The notes under the pieces are model-generated. The model was given only the letters and a program-made list of their open reading frames with translations. It was not told where the DNA came from and did no database searches. A stretch of 64,000 bases of DNA from Rhizodiscina lignyota (taxonomy: Eukaryota): contig ML978135.1 of the NCBI GenBank assembly GCA_010015805.1, positions 248,001 to 312,000 of the forward strand, in the 5' to 3' direction. Positions 22,316 through 34,779 of the stretch are shown piece by piece. The position numbers were made by a program, and so were the translations under genes. Each line of letters starts with the position of its first letter. Position 1 is the stretch's first letter.

Positions 22316-23230
22316 ATGGCCACAAGCGCAGGTCAGCCACAGATACCCATGACACCAACCAAGTATCACAATGGCAACTCAGTCTGGCAAACAGCCAAAG
22401 ACATCTATTACACAGATCGTTACCGCTTCAAAGGGTTCGAAGCACTACACGTGCTGAGCGTCCAGTACTATCAGCGTGATCTGTGCCGTTTGGAGCACAA
22501 ATTTGTTTGCAGCGGTGGCATAGATCCCAAAGATGAGGCCGAACAACTGAAAAGTCTTCGTAGTCTGTTGAAAGATTATGGTAAGCCAATCATGTAAAGT
22601 CATAGCAAGCGCCAAACTAACAGAGAGAAAGCTGAGGCGATTTCTCAACTTGAGGCAACAATTCGACGCGACGCAACCCTTCCAAAGGATGAGTGGGCCC
22701 GAAAGGACATCGAGGCTTTCACTGAAGGAATAACAGGACAGGAGAAAGACAACTTTAGCGTAGAACAACACCAATACGAATTACGACCACGAATCACTCT
22801 GGATCCCGTGCGATTGATGCTGCATCGCGCATTTCCAAGAAGCTGGAAATATCCTTTCTACACTGCAACTACCAGAGAGCAAGCCGCAGCCATTGCAAAG
22901 CAGGATGGGCAGCCCTCTGATGCAGGCAGTATAAGCCTTGATAACTTTGAAGGGCCTCCAAAATATGCACCTTCTAGTGTAGTCGATGGGTTCGGAAGGC
23001 TCATCATGGCAGTACTCGGTGGAGCGTCTCTCCTTGTGCCAATGCTCATCATGACGTTCTTTAAATCTCAGACGGCACGTTTGGTGACGGTGTCAGTGGC
23101 CGTTCTTCTATTCGGAATCATACTATCTATCGGCACTCGTGCGTCCAACCAAGAGCTTCTAGCTGCTACAGCGGCTTATACGGCTGTCATGGTTGTTTAC
23201 GTGGGTTCGGCAAACGATACGAATGGATAA
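22316..23230 (+). CDS. DUF6594-like protein with C-terminal transmembrane helices (2 exons)
   Basis: FKGFEALHVLSVQYYQRDLCRLE...LRSLLKDY/AEAI N-terminus; C-terminal TM segments GGASLLVPMLIM...ASNQELLAATAAYTAVMVVYVG. Confidence 0.75.
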
Positions 23231-23552
23231 GGCGAAAAGGTATTGAGATACGGAGTAGACGCTATTTTTGCCTGTTGATTAGTTATTAGCTTGGAATTGA
23301 ACATGTCGAGCTTTCTGAGTTGTATTTATGCGCGTTATTGTTGCAAGCAACATCGTTGTCCAGATTACCTGTATCCTGACGATGGGACTGAAAGGAGAGA
23401 GGCTTGCGGCTCCGAAGTTCTACCGACCGCGCCGACGAGCCCATGTGACATCGCGATGAACTTTTGCTCGACGCGTTTCCACCAACTCCTCACTTCCCCA
23501 ACTCTCGAAACCTTCAGTCAATCGAGGCATCTACTTGGTGGAACTAGACCAG

Positions 23553-25599
23553 ATGGCACCAGAAGACGCTTCCAGCACTGGAGTTAAGCGATCAAGATCG
23601 GAGCTCGAGGAAGACGACCACACGCAAAATGGCGGCGGTATGTTATGAAGAAACCATTTGACATAATGTTTCACTGACTTCCAAGTAGCTGCAGATGATT
23701 CTTCTTCCGACGATGACTTCGGGCCGGCCTTGCCGTCTACTGCTCCGAAGAAAAAGCGGCGGAAACTTCCATACGAGAAGCTCTACATTGCTGCCCTCCC
23801 AACCTCTCCGCGCTACTCGAGATCGCTCATGCACCAGGAGCAGCTTTGCTTCATCACATTTACCCCTCATACAGAGTTTCTGATCACGAGTTCTATTGAT
23901 GGGGTCGTCAAATTCTGGAAGAAAGTGACTGGTGGTGTTGAGTTTGTCAAGGAATTCAAAGCACACAATGGCGAGATCAAGAGTGTGAGCGTCAGTGCAG
24001 ATGGAAGAAGTTTTGCGACTGCAGGAACAGACAAGACCGTCAAGATATTTGATGTCCTTACATTCGACTTGCTTGCGACGCTCAACTTGGATGTCGACCC
24101 CAGATGTGTGTGCTGGGTCCACAATCGTGGAGCTTCACTACCGCTTCTTGCTGTCTCTGGAGGGACAAATTCAACAATCTGGGTTTACGATGGCCGAGGA
24201 GAAAACCAGGAACCACTGCATACCTTGAACAGCATACACCGAAAGCCCGTGACCTTGATGAGTTTCAACAACGAATATGACTGCGTAGTCTCTATTGATA
24301 ATGGTGGCATGATTGAGTATTGGCAGCCTCATGGAGATTTCGAGAAGCCATCGAGCGTATTTGGGATGAAGAGCTCAACGAATCTCTTCGAGTTTAAGAA
24401 GGTAATGATTAGCATGCTCGGGGTAGTTTGAGTACGGCTGCTAATGTTTTACAGGCGAAGTCCGTACCCTCGTCTCTGACCATATCCCCAACCGGACATC
24501 AATTTGCAACATTCTCATTCCCTGATCGAAAAGTCCGCATTTTCGACTTCAAGACGGGCAAGCTTTATCGCACATACGACGAGTCTATCGAAACGATAAC
24601 GGACATGCAACAGACAAGCAGCGGCCTGTTCAAACTCGAGGATGTCGAGTTTGGACGTCGGCTTGCTGTGGAAAAGGAGCTCGACAATCCAGTGGTCCAA
24701 GCGCGTATGAATGTAATCTTTGACGAGACCGGAAACTTCATCTTGTACGGTTCAATAATCGGCACAAAAGTCATCAATACTCTTACGAACCGGGTTGTGA
24801 AGGTGTATGGTAGAGAAGAGTTGTTCAGGCCACTTAATCTTTCGCTCTACCAAGGACAGCCGGAAAAGAAAGGTGTTGTAACAGTGGAAATGGCAGCGAG
24901 CGACAACCCGTTACTGCAGCAGGCAGAAGCGAGAGATGCGATGCTAATTACGACTGGCTCTGGAAAAGTGCGCTTCTACATGTTTACCAACGATGAGGAG
25001 ATCAGCAAATCAACCCGCGACGTGCAAAACGAGAAACCTCGCAATATCAATGCACTGAAACAGGAGCAGGAAAAGAAGGCTGAGACTGGAATGAATGCAA
25101 TCTTGCATACCAGTGAAGGTGATATCCACATTCGCCTGTTCCCGGACGCGGCCCCGAAGACTGTGGAGAACTTCGTTACTCACGCAAAGAATGGATACTA
25201 TAATGGTGTTATCTTCCATCGTGTGATCCGCAAGTTCATGATCCAGACTGGGGATCCCCTTGGTGATGGCACGGGCGGGGAAAGCATATGGGGTGGCGAG
25301 TTTGATGATGAATTCTCCAGTCTAAAACACGACAAGCCGTACACGGTCAGCATGGCAAACGCAGGCCCAAACCAGAACGGCAGCCAGTTCTTCATTACAA
25401 CAGAGAGGACGGTGAGTTTGGCTTCTGAAGTGAAACTTGAATGAATTCTGACTTGTTATAGCCTTGGCTCGACGGCAAACATACAGTATTCGGCCGTGCC
25501 GTGGCAGGTCTGGACGTTATCCATAATATTGAAAATGCCAGAGTGTACAAAGAGAAGCCGAAAGAGGATATCAAGATCATAAACATTGCAATAAGCTGA
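23553..25599 (+). CDS. CYP15: WD40-repeat cyclophilin (PPWD1/Cyp15), 4 exons
   Basis: [23 protein letters not shown] repeats, and cyclophilin motifs [31 protein letters not shown] and [11 protein letters not shown]. Confidence 0.95.
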
Positions 25600-25771
25600 G
25601 CGCCAAATGGATCTGGATACCTTTCGTCGGACAGGGAATGAAGTACTCAATCAAGCTGACAGAACGCCGCAATATGCTGCGCGTCTGGATTGTCAAATGC
25701 AATTTCGGACAATTGAACAGGCAACCTACGTATCTTAGAGCTCATATATCTTCCCATCGACGGGTCTAATT

Positions 25772-26566
25772 CTACTCAATCTCCAGGACCATACTAAACG
25801 TGGATCCGGTTCCTATCGTTATTAATTGCACGGACTTACCTCCAAGCGCATCTCGGTTCTCCATGCACAACCTTGCCATACCATTACCATGCGGGCTCGC
25901 AAGTAGCACTAGGAATTCCTCATTTTCTGGACGGAACGATAGTTGTAGGCCGAGGGGTGCGCCTTGTACGTATGGCGCAATTGCCTCGTTGATCAGCGCT
26001 TCAGTGATGGGGTTATTTATCGCTACGCGGACTACGCGGCGGAGAGATGATGGGTGAAAGGCTACCTGTGACTCCGTCAGTCTATCATTGCTGCTATTGC
26101 ACGCCATAATCCACTGTGCCCATACAACTTGCGACCAATTGTAGGGGCACCAGCGCTCGAGGTTCGACTTCCGTGTGGCTTCGTCGTCGTCGGGATGCAC
26201 CTCGTCGTCGAAATAGCAACGCCGGTTCCAGCACGTACCGATTACGCCGTCCATCATGTCATACTTGTTATGGAATTGTGCGCGGAAAGGGCCGCCATCT
26301 TCGTCAGTCTCGTCGGCGGCTGGGTCGTGCTCACAGCTGTCTATCTCCCAGAAGTACAATGGCTCGCCGGTGGGCGCAATGTGGTACTCGCTAACCTTAT
26401 TATTGAAGACGCTTAGGTCGGTCGTGGGCCGGTCTTGATGCAGGGCGCTGCTCAGTTCAGTTATCAGATTGTTCCAAAGCATAATTCCTTTGTTTCTGTA
26501 TGTATTCCATAGTGCGCTTCTCTCAACTCGTGGTTGTGGCGACATACCACTCATTTCGGCTGCCAT
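25772..26566 (-). CDS. Hypothetical protein (264 aa), paralogous to the C-terminal domain of the upstream gene
   Basis: Open frame; shares WSxxxxxxW and LLASPxGxG..L..xxxxLG motifs with 27132-28336. Confidence 0.7.
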   Translation of the reverse strand: MAAEMSGMSPQPRVERSALWNTYRNKGIMLWNNLITELSSALHQDRPTTDLSVFNNKVSEYHIAPTGEPLYFWEIDSCEHDPAADETDEDGGPFRAQFHNKYDMMDGVIGTCWNRRCYFDDEVHPDDDEATRKSNLERWCPYNWSQVVWAQWIMACNSSNDRLTESQVAFHPSSLRRVVRVAINNPITEALINEAIAPYVQGAPLGLQLSFRPENEEFLVLLASPHGNGMARLCMENRDALGGKSVQLITIGTGSTFSMVLEIE

Positions 26567-27131
26567 TTTTTCAGAATTTGGATACTATATTACGGGATTG
26601 AACAAAACACAGATCGATTTGACGGTATTTCAAGTAGGATGTGGGCTGGTTGACTCTCAAGTCTGTTAGCTGAATAGAACGATCTCATTGTGAGGATGAT
26701 TTCTTTCAGCGCTATATTGAAAGAAAAACAATGAAGTTTGGCTATTTTTGAAAGACAAGTAGAGGTACACAAAGGACTCAAAGAAGTGTTCAAGTGGCAG
26801 ACTCAAGTTTACCACCAATGGGTTGTAAACTTGGAAACTTCTAGGGACTTCATTATATCCAATTGCAACAGTAAGAGGGAAAGCAGCATCTAGTCATTAT
26901 CCTTTATACTTTGTGACCTTTTTGGGATATGCGCCCTTTCTCGGTGTCTCTTTTTCCGCACCGATTGAATCGAGATATCAAAACACCATTTCATTTGCAG
27001 CTTGAAGTTCACGACGACTTCAGTGTTCTGTTCCCCGGCCTGTCCGGCTGATGTCAAGAGACCATGCCTCTCCACTCGCGATCCATTCCAGTACTCCAGC
27101 CCTCATCTCCTGTAGAAAAGCGCCATTCTCT

Positions 27132-28336
27132 TCACATCGCGATGCATCCGCAGAACAGACTCCAGTCTCTAATTCGCTTCTGAGGAGCTACCCTTTCAAC
27201 GAAGAACAAGATGCTTGCAAGCCCTTCCGAGATCTCGCTTCTAAAGACCTTGAAGCCAGTAATTTGCGTGACACCAAGCTGAGCCTTGTGGTTGATAAGG
27301 AACCATGCAGGCCCACGGCCATTCGGGCTCGCCAGAAGTCTTAATGCTTTGTTACCTTGCATGGGATAGTATTTGTTGTCCGGCTCGCCCCACTTCGGCG
27401 GATTTTCGACTATGCTCTTGAGAATGTCGTTGGTGTCATCGTTTGAAACGGCATGGATCAAGAAGTACTTGATATTCATGACCTGAAGCGTGCTCTCATG
27501 GGCCTGATTGTTCCACTCCGGAAATGTAATGTCTGACCAGACCTGCACTGGAGGCCTGACACCCATCAGGTCTAGCTGGGACTGCGATGTCCCACCAGGT
27601 GAGACCGCATGCCGCTGGATAATCATTCCGCCTTGAGGGTTGTAGTTATTGACGTACGAGGCCATGGTGCCTCGCTCCCGACTGCCGTCGGCCTGCCATC
27701 AATCATTAGCCTTCACATCACCATTTCAGCGATAGGGAGAACGACTTTCACAGGGCCTTCGTTGACCCAATTGACAGTTCCATCAGAGCCCCAATTTGGT
27801 GAAATACCAAGAGCTTGAAAGACCGGGCCATACATGCTCACGTCCGAATTCTGCTGTACCTTCCGGTTGGCAGTGGTTCTGTAGGCAACCCATCCATTAC
27901 TTTCGAGCTGTTGAATCGTGCTCCAGTCGCTCTGAATTTTCAAAGTCTCGCCGTATCTGTCCTTGTACGTCTCATCCGGGTCATACGATTTCCGCATCAA
28001 GCATTGAAGCTGCTTTCCTTGTTTGAGATATTCCTTGTCTGCTTTGCTGCTGGTTGATTGGCGACTGTCTAAGATGGACAGGTCCTCAGTCGAAACATTG
28101 AGAGACGAGGTCGACTCTAGAAGTACACCATGATCCACGCCTGGAATGTCGGGGATATTCTGAGCCAGAATCAAGGCGCTGTTGTGTTGTTCGGAGCCAT
28201 TCAGAGGAATACTGCCATTCACGATCGGTGTGGGGGATATTTTTTGAACCCAGGGCGGAAGGAAAATGGAGAGGTAGAGTATCAAGGCAGCCTGAGAAGT
28301 GAACACCACCAATGTACTAATGCGGTTGCGGCGCAT
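27132..28336 (-). CDS. Hypothetical secreted or membrane-anchored protein (2 exons, intron approx. 27750-27693)
   Basis: First ATG at 28336 (the track start is TTG), followed by a hydrophobic segment. A GCTAAT..CAG acceptor joins in frame to the 27132-27665 ORF. Contains LLASPNGRGPAWFLINHKAQLG. Confidence 0.7.
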
Positions 28337-29194
28337 CACTCCAGCAAACCTCGTGGATGGCGATTCTGTCACGATCGTAGTGTTACGCCAAAGTTCCGAA
28401 CTCGCGGGGAAAGAATGTAGACGATCAGGTTTGCGCTTGAAGTTCAATCGTTACGAAAAAGACTGGAGATCTGCACTCAAGGTACTCTGGCTGCTGTAAA
28501 GGAGACACGACTATACATATTCATGTGAGGATTGAGTTTCCGGTTAGAATGACGAGCAAGCTACTGTAGCCACTTTGACGTAGCACGGCACTACCTTACC
28601 TTGCCGCCAGTCGTCGGGTGACGGCATCAGAAAAAGGCGCAGCAAGTTTACTGTGCTCCGCGGATATATGAGCTAGTGATGGCCCCCGGTGTGCGCAAAT
28701 ACTGTGGAAGTGATGCTGAATAGAGAGTTTCATCTTCACTTCACGGTCTTCGAAAATTGAATGGCTAAGGATAGCTGCGAGACAGGTCCGACTTCATTCA
28801 TGCTTTTATCAGTGTAAGGGATCAACATTATAAACAATGCAATGAAATATTGCTCAAGAGAATGCTATGCTCAGCTAGACGAACCCTCCGATGAAAGTGA
28901 AGAAAGGGGAAGAGCCTGACCTGACCTCGAACATCATATGTATCTCGGAAAAATGAAAACCCGGAAAACGCGACTCAGGGGTAAGCGCGTAACGCGTCTT
29001 GCGTCTGTCATGGCGGCGAGATCGGTGATAGACTATCGTAAAATTCAACCTCTTCCACTTAGGTTGATACTTGTTTACAATTTGAGTATCAACGATTTAT
29101 ACATTTCCAGACTATTACTCATTTCTATTGCGCCGACATCGCATATTGCATGTCTGTTTTTGTCGTTTAAAGACTACATCATTGAACTCGAAGG

Positions 29195-30217
29195 ATGGAA
29201 ATGAATGCATATGAGCAGAGACGGGCTGAGCAGATCAAACGAAATCAAAATCTTTTGAAAGAGCTTGGCATTCAGCATGCAGTGGGAAGAAATCTTGTTG
29301 ATGATGACGAGGCAAAGCCTGCGAAAAGACGGAAGCTCTATCGTCCAGTGCAACAGCCCTCTCGCTCTTCGAGACGAATTGCTGCTGCCCCATTTCAGCC
29401 CGATTACAGGAATGATGGAGAATTTGCCACTCGCGAGTCACCAGCCAGGGATCTCAATCGGCCCAGGATGCGGCTCAAAGCACAAAGAGTGAGGCGAAGA
29501 ACTGAGACAAATGATGAGCGTGATTCTTCTCCAGATCCTTTGCACCATTCGCCGTCGCCATTCGAAGATATCACCTTACTTCGCTCTGACTGGTCTTCAT
29601 GGACTCAATCAGCCTCCGTACCCATGCAGAGCACGATAACAGGCGAGTTCGAGTTTGAAGATCACCCAGAATTCACGCCAAACAAGTCGCCAGCTGAGAT
29701 TTTACGAGAAGGCGCTTTCGGAGGATCGTACTTTCGGCCATACAAGTCGAGAGTACTTGGAATCACGATCGATGATGACTGGAAAGAACTCCCAGCGTCG
29801 TGGCTTGAAGGCCTTGACGTGTCCAAGTTCATCACGAGCCCAAGATACGATCCCGACGTCAACAAGTACAAAGTCTCATGTGGTCAGAGCATTGAAGAAT
29901 GGGAAGCGGCCGGCTGGATAGAACATCGCTTCGACGTGCGGGGCTGGTTCCAATGGTATTGTCGATTCTTCCAGGGGCGGCGGTGTGAAGACGATGAGCG
30001 GCAGATAGGTCGCTGGAGAAAATGTGTCGGCGAGACTGGAAGATGGCGGAGGATATTACTCAAGAAATACGTCTCAATGAGCATCCGCGATGTGGCTGAC
30101 GAAGGCCGTGATGAGGATGGGGCTGACGTGAGTCCGGCCGTGCATCAAACATGCCATCACTGGGCATACGAAGTTAGGCAGGACGCTCTTGATCGGTGGT
30201 GGGCAGAAGGGAGATGA
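29195..30217 (+). CDS. Conserved hypothetical protein (FTPNKSP..GAFGGSYFR / RGWFQWYCRF family) with basic N-terminus
   Basis: Intronless 340-aa ORF with conserved-looking W/G-rich C-terminal domain; N-terminal YEQRRAEQIKRNQ..L..LGI and NLS-like KRRK. Confidence 0.8.
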   Translation: MEMNAYEQRRAEQIKRNQNLLKELGIQHAVGRNLVDDDEAKPAKRRKLYRPVQQPSRSSRRIAAAPFQPDYRNDGEFATRESPARDLNRPRMRLKAQRVRRRTETNDERDSSPDPLHHSPSPFEDITLLRSDWSSWTQSASVPMQSTITGEFEFEDHPEFTPNKSPAEILREGAFGGSYFRPYKSRVLGITIDDDWKELPASWLEGLDVSKFITSPRYDPDVNKYKVSCGQSIEEWEAAGWIEHRFDVRGWFQWYCRFFQGRRCEDDERQIGRWRKCVGETGRWRRILLKKYVSMSIRDVADEGRDEDGADVSPAVHQTCHHWAYEVRQDALDRWWAEGR

Positions 30218-30475
30218 ACAACTGAGAACAGGACAACTACCACGTTCACACTTTGGGGCGCCAGCAGTTATGTACTCCTATACAACCACCCGAGGAGACC
30301 TGGTCAACAGGTGGCATCTGTCAATGAGCTCGAAGACGCGGATGATGTGAACTCGTATTTTACTTCGATTTTCACCAAGCAATAAGGGAAAATTGGTATC
30401 TCAGCATAGAAAGAACAGAAACCGCCAAGTAGGAGGTCGTAACAGGTATCAATCAGCGTACACGCTCTGTAGACT

Positions 30476-32119
30476 CTATCCAGCCTTGCCACTTGAACCG
30501 TGTCCATCCTTGACCCTCACTCTCACGCCCTTGGTGTCCCACTTTGGATACGGAACGAGGTAGGCATGCGCCATCTCCACGTCAGAGACGTCGGTCTCGA
30601 AGAGTTCGAATTCAAATGTGCTGAAGACCTTCGCGATTGTAATGTAGAGCTCCGCTTGAGCCAGACTAATCATAATTAGGCTATGTGCAAATAGTGCGGA
30701 ACTGAAGTCACTTACTTCAAACCTAGACACTGCCTGGTCCCTTTGCCGAACGGGACAAAGTATTTATCCAATTCCGGGTGTCCAGTCCACCGCTCAGGTC
30801 GAAATTCTCTTGGATCAGGAAAGATATCCTCATTCATCAGAATATCCACATTAGTCATCGACACTGGTGTATTCCGTGCAATTACATAGTCTCCGTACCT
30901 AAGCTCTGTATCCAGTGCGAGCCGTGGGTTCCTCGTACTGATCCCGTGAGCCAGGCGAACTGCTTCGCGCACGCATCCGTGGAGATATGGGAGATTCTCA
31001 AGCTTGTGCCAGTCGAGCTTGCTCAAGTCGTCGTTCATCCCTGAAGCTTCGATTTCTTTCCGAAGTTTGGAAGCGACTGAGGGATTTGCGGTGATGTGGT
31101 AGCTGGCTACGCTTAAAGCTCGAGATGTTGTAATTAAACCCGCTGCAACGATGAGCTGAGCCTCGTCGCCTAATCTGGTATCACTCTTTTCTGATTCCGG
31201 AAGGTCGCTGTTCAACAACTCATGGAAAATCGTTGGGTGGGTGACGGCCTTGTGTCCTTCGTTGATCCCATCTCTGATTTCTTTGACCTTGCGTGCAAGA
31301 TCGTAACGGAGGCCTACCACTGGTTGCAGGACGGGCTGTACCTTAAGCACGAACCAATCCGGCAACATGTCCAGGATTGGGAAAACCATCGGAAAGTGCA
31401 GAGCGAAATGCCCAACCGTGTATATCGCGATTAATGCCTCGTGTAACGTGTCCTTGAAATCAGGAACTTCTAGTTGACCATAGCTCCTGGCAAAAGCGTA
31501 TTCCGTGATAATGTCTGTCGTCAATGCCATCCACGCGCTATTGAATTCGAGTATTCGCCCATCTTTCTGGTACTCTCCAATCTTTTCGCATAGCGTGTCC
31601 ACCTTGGCACGAATGACGGACTGGAATTCCGATATGCGCTTGTCAGAGAACATGGGCGAGATGGGCTTGCGGCGCATGCGATGGAGATCATGCTGGATGG
31701 TGGAGAAGCTGTCTGACGCGTAGCCGAAGCGCCCAGAGAAGTAGGAGTATTTATCGCGGCGACCAGCTCGCTCGTACAAGGTGTCGTAGTAGTTGGGATC
31801 ATCGATGTGAAGCTCGGAGGGAGTAATGCGGATGATGGGCCCTGATACGCGAGTGTGAGTTGAGTCTGAATATTGGTTTCTTGACTAACTCACCATACTT
31901 CTTATGCAATTCTTGGATATGCCGTGTAAAGTCCCCCTGCTGTATAACGTCGTAGTAGAACTCGTACCAATTGCTGATTGCTGCAAGCTTCGGTCCCGGA
32001 AACTTGGCCAGGGGGTGGAAGAATAGTCGATAGGTGTATAGACATGTGATATAGACTATGAGGACCGGAATGAAAGCTACCAGGAGCTTGAGCGACGAAC
32101 TCCAAAAGTCGGAATTCAT
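30476..32119 (-). CDS. Cytochrome P450 (trichodiene-oxygenase-like fungal P450), 3 exons
   Basis: N-terminal TM, HPLAKFPGP, AAGLITT (I-helix), EAVR (ExxR), PERW and FGKGTRQCLG (haem Cys). Confidence 0.95.
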
Positions 32120-32719
32120 GATGGGCGATCTTCAGGACTGGAGCTGCAAAGAGGATAGGGTAGCAGTCGATGACTGCAGGCGGCACGATGATCTTTAAGC
32201 TCAAGCTTGAAGATGCAACCAGTGCAATGCTAATGCACCCGCGACTGGAGGCTCGGCGGCTTCTACATCGCCTGGACGGAATACGCGCAGCATTTGAAGC
32301 GCGAGTGGAGATCGAACGAGAGCCGACGCTGGGGCCCCAGAAATGCCCCCGCTGAGGGCTTGGTGGAGATCGTCCCATGATGGCCTGCCCCGGTCGCGGC
32401 AGGGTTTCCTCTTGCACGGTCTCGCCTTGAGACTTGCATCTTCGTTTCTGTTTCTTCTGTCCCACGCCTTTGGTTTCTGGTCTCGCTTAAAACGAACCCG
32501 CGCATGCAGCAATCCGTGCGTGTACAATCGATAGGTTAATATACTCCACCAATCGTCAGCAGCAGCACCACAGGAGGATGAGGGGATCACGCCAAATCCG
32601 CACCGGCCCGCCTCCCGCAGAGCAGCCGTCTTTCGCTCCACGATCTCAGATGAACAACTGAACAAGCCACGTACGTTTCCTGTACATTATTTTTGGCGCA
32701 TATATGTGTATGAGCCGCA

Positions 32720-33919
32720 ATGGCTGAAGAGGGTGAGGCCGCCGATCAGCCCATCCTTATCGACTCCGACCGCGATTCGAGTTTCGGCGATAGCGACGTA
32801 GCTTCGGAGACGACTTCGTTGCGCTCATCTGTCTTCAATTATGTGTACGAGAATGGAAGGAGATACCACTCTTACCGCCAAGGGGCATACTGGTATACCA
32901 TACCTGCAGAAAAGCCTGTCGGGGATTGATCTGCTAATGACAGCGTTATTCACAGGGGCCCGAACGACGAGAGAGCTCGTAAGTTCCTGCGATGCTTACC
33001 AGTCTCCAATTGCAACTGAGATCCAATGGACATTCTGTCGCATGTCACTGATAATCCATGTGTACCTTGCAGAGGACAACCTAGACTTATTCCACCACAT
33101 CTACACCCTTACCCTCAGCGGCGCATTGTACCTCGCACCAATCGATGAGAAACCGCAACGAGTCCTCGATATTGGCACTGGTACGGGTATCTGGGCGATA
33201 GATTTCGCAGATGCACACCCGTCCGCGTCAGTCATTGCAACAGATCTCTCTCCCATACAGCCAGATATCGTCCCCCCGAACGTCGAATTCCAAATAGACG
33301 ATTTCACCGCGCCGTGGACTTTTACTCCAGCGAGCTTTGATTTTATACACGCGCGCTCAATATATGGTTCCGTCGCGGACTATCCTGCGCTATATGGCGA
33401 GATCCACAATGCCTTAAAGCCGGGCGGTTGGTTCGAGCAAGCGGAGATCAGCGTAGTGCCCAAGTCCGAAGATGGCAGCATTGCCGGCACATACATGGAG
33501 CGCTGGGGCCCTCTGGCCATCGAGTGCGGTGAAAAGTTTGGCAAGTCGTTCCGGATAGCCGAAGACTCGGAGGAAGAGATGAAGAAAGCAGGGTTTGTAA
33601 ATGTGACATATCGTACGTTCAAGTGGCCGATTGGCACGTGGCCAAGAGATGCAAAATACAAGCAGATTGGCGCGTATAATCGACTTGGTTGGGAAGATGG
33701 AATTGAGGGATGGGCAATGTTCTTGTTTACGAATTACCTTGGCTGGCAAAAAGACGAAGTCCAGGTCCTGATCGCTGGAATTCGCAAGGAATTGAGAGAT
33801 CCAAAGATACACGGTTACCAGCATATGTAAGTCCCACTCGTCGTCTCAGCTTGTGAGTATGGGCTGAATTGGATGTTAGCTCGATATGTTACGGCCAACG
33901 GGCAACTTCGAACGATTAA
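32720..33919 (+). CDS. SAM-dependent methyltransferase, LaeA-like family (exons 32720-32892, 32956-32978, 33073-33826, 33880-33919)
   Basis: YENGRRYH..YWGPNDE, VLDIGTGTGIWA, DLSPIQP, FDFIHAR, LKPGGWFE and WPIGTWP. Confidence 0.92.
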
Positions 33920-34779
33920 ATTAACCTGCACATGTGTTAATAAACATGTTCGCTTCGTCTGTATATGATTAATGGCGCACTCATTGAATTGGGATAGGAG
34001 TAAGAGGCGGTGGTTTTTGATGAGGAATGACTAGTAGCGAACGGTGAACATTCGGGAAAAGATACCTTTACTTTCTAGCGAGGAGATATACTCCGTAATA
34101 AAACGTCCATGTACGTTTTGCAATGTCATTAAGTGAAAATGTTTGAGTGCATTCTCCGCGGCATCGTCAATCCTCAGCGTGAGTATCCTTCGATCTGTGG
34201 CTCTGATCATTCTCATTCGCTTCTTTGCTCCGTTTTGGGCAATATCCGGCTTACTGCAGGTCTCGGATGACTTAAGTTGCTCTCGGGATTAGTCATAATT
34301 TTCCAAGATGAATAGACGATCAAGATTTAGTGTGTCGACAGAGGAGTTAAATGCCCACATCACCGGTCCTAATACGGCAGTGCACTTTACAACGCAAGGA
34401 AGGGTGATGATGTTCTAAAACTTTGCGCTAGTGCGTGTTGGCTCTAAATTAAGCTTATTGCGCCTCAAGGCTATTCCTGAAGTGGCTAGTTCAAGTCTTG
34501 GCTAAAAATTACCACGTCTCCTTTTCTCTCGCCACCGCTGCGGCAGGTCCTTATCCTCGATACTGATGACACTTGCATATATCTAATCTTCTCCTGACTT
34601 TCCGTTAGAACATAGTGTTGGACTCGTGCAAGTAGAGACCATCGAGCAAACGTTGCTGTTTCAACTATGAACAGCCACAGTCAGCACGAGCGACTCTCTT
34701 AAGATGTTGACTAACCTCTCACATCTCTCGTTTTCTATATGTACTATCCAACTTTCGTACCTAACTGTCTACTATCGTA

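Noticed and set aside
31902..32665. Long ORFs in the P450 / methyltransferase intergenic region
   Set aside because: GC-rich divergent promoter or UTR; overlapping frames with non-protein-like composition.
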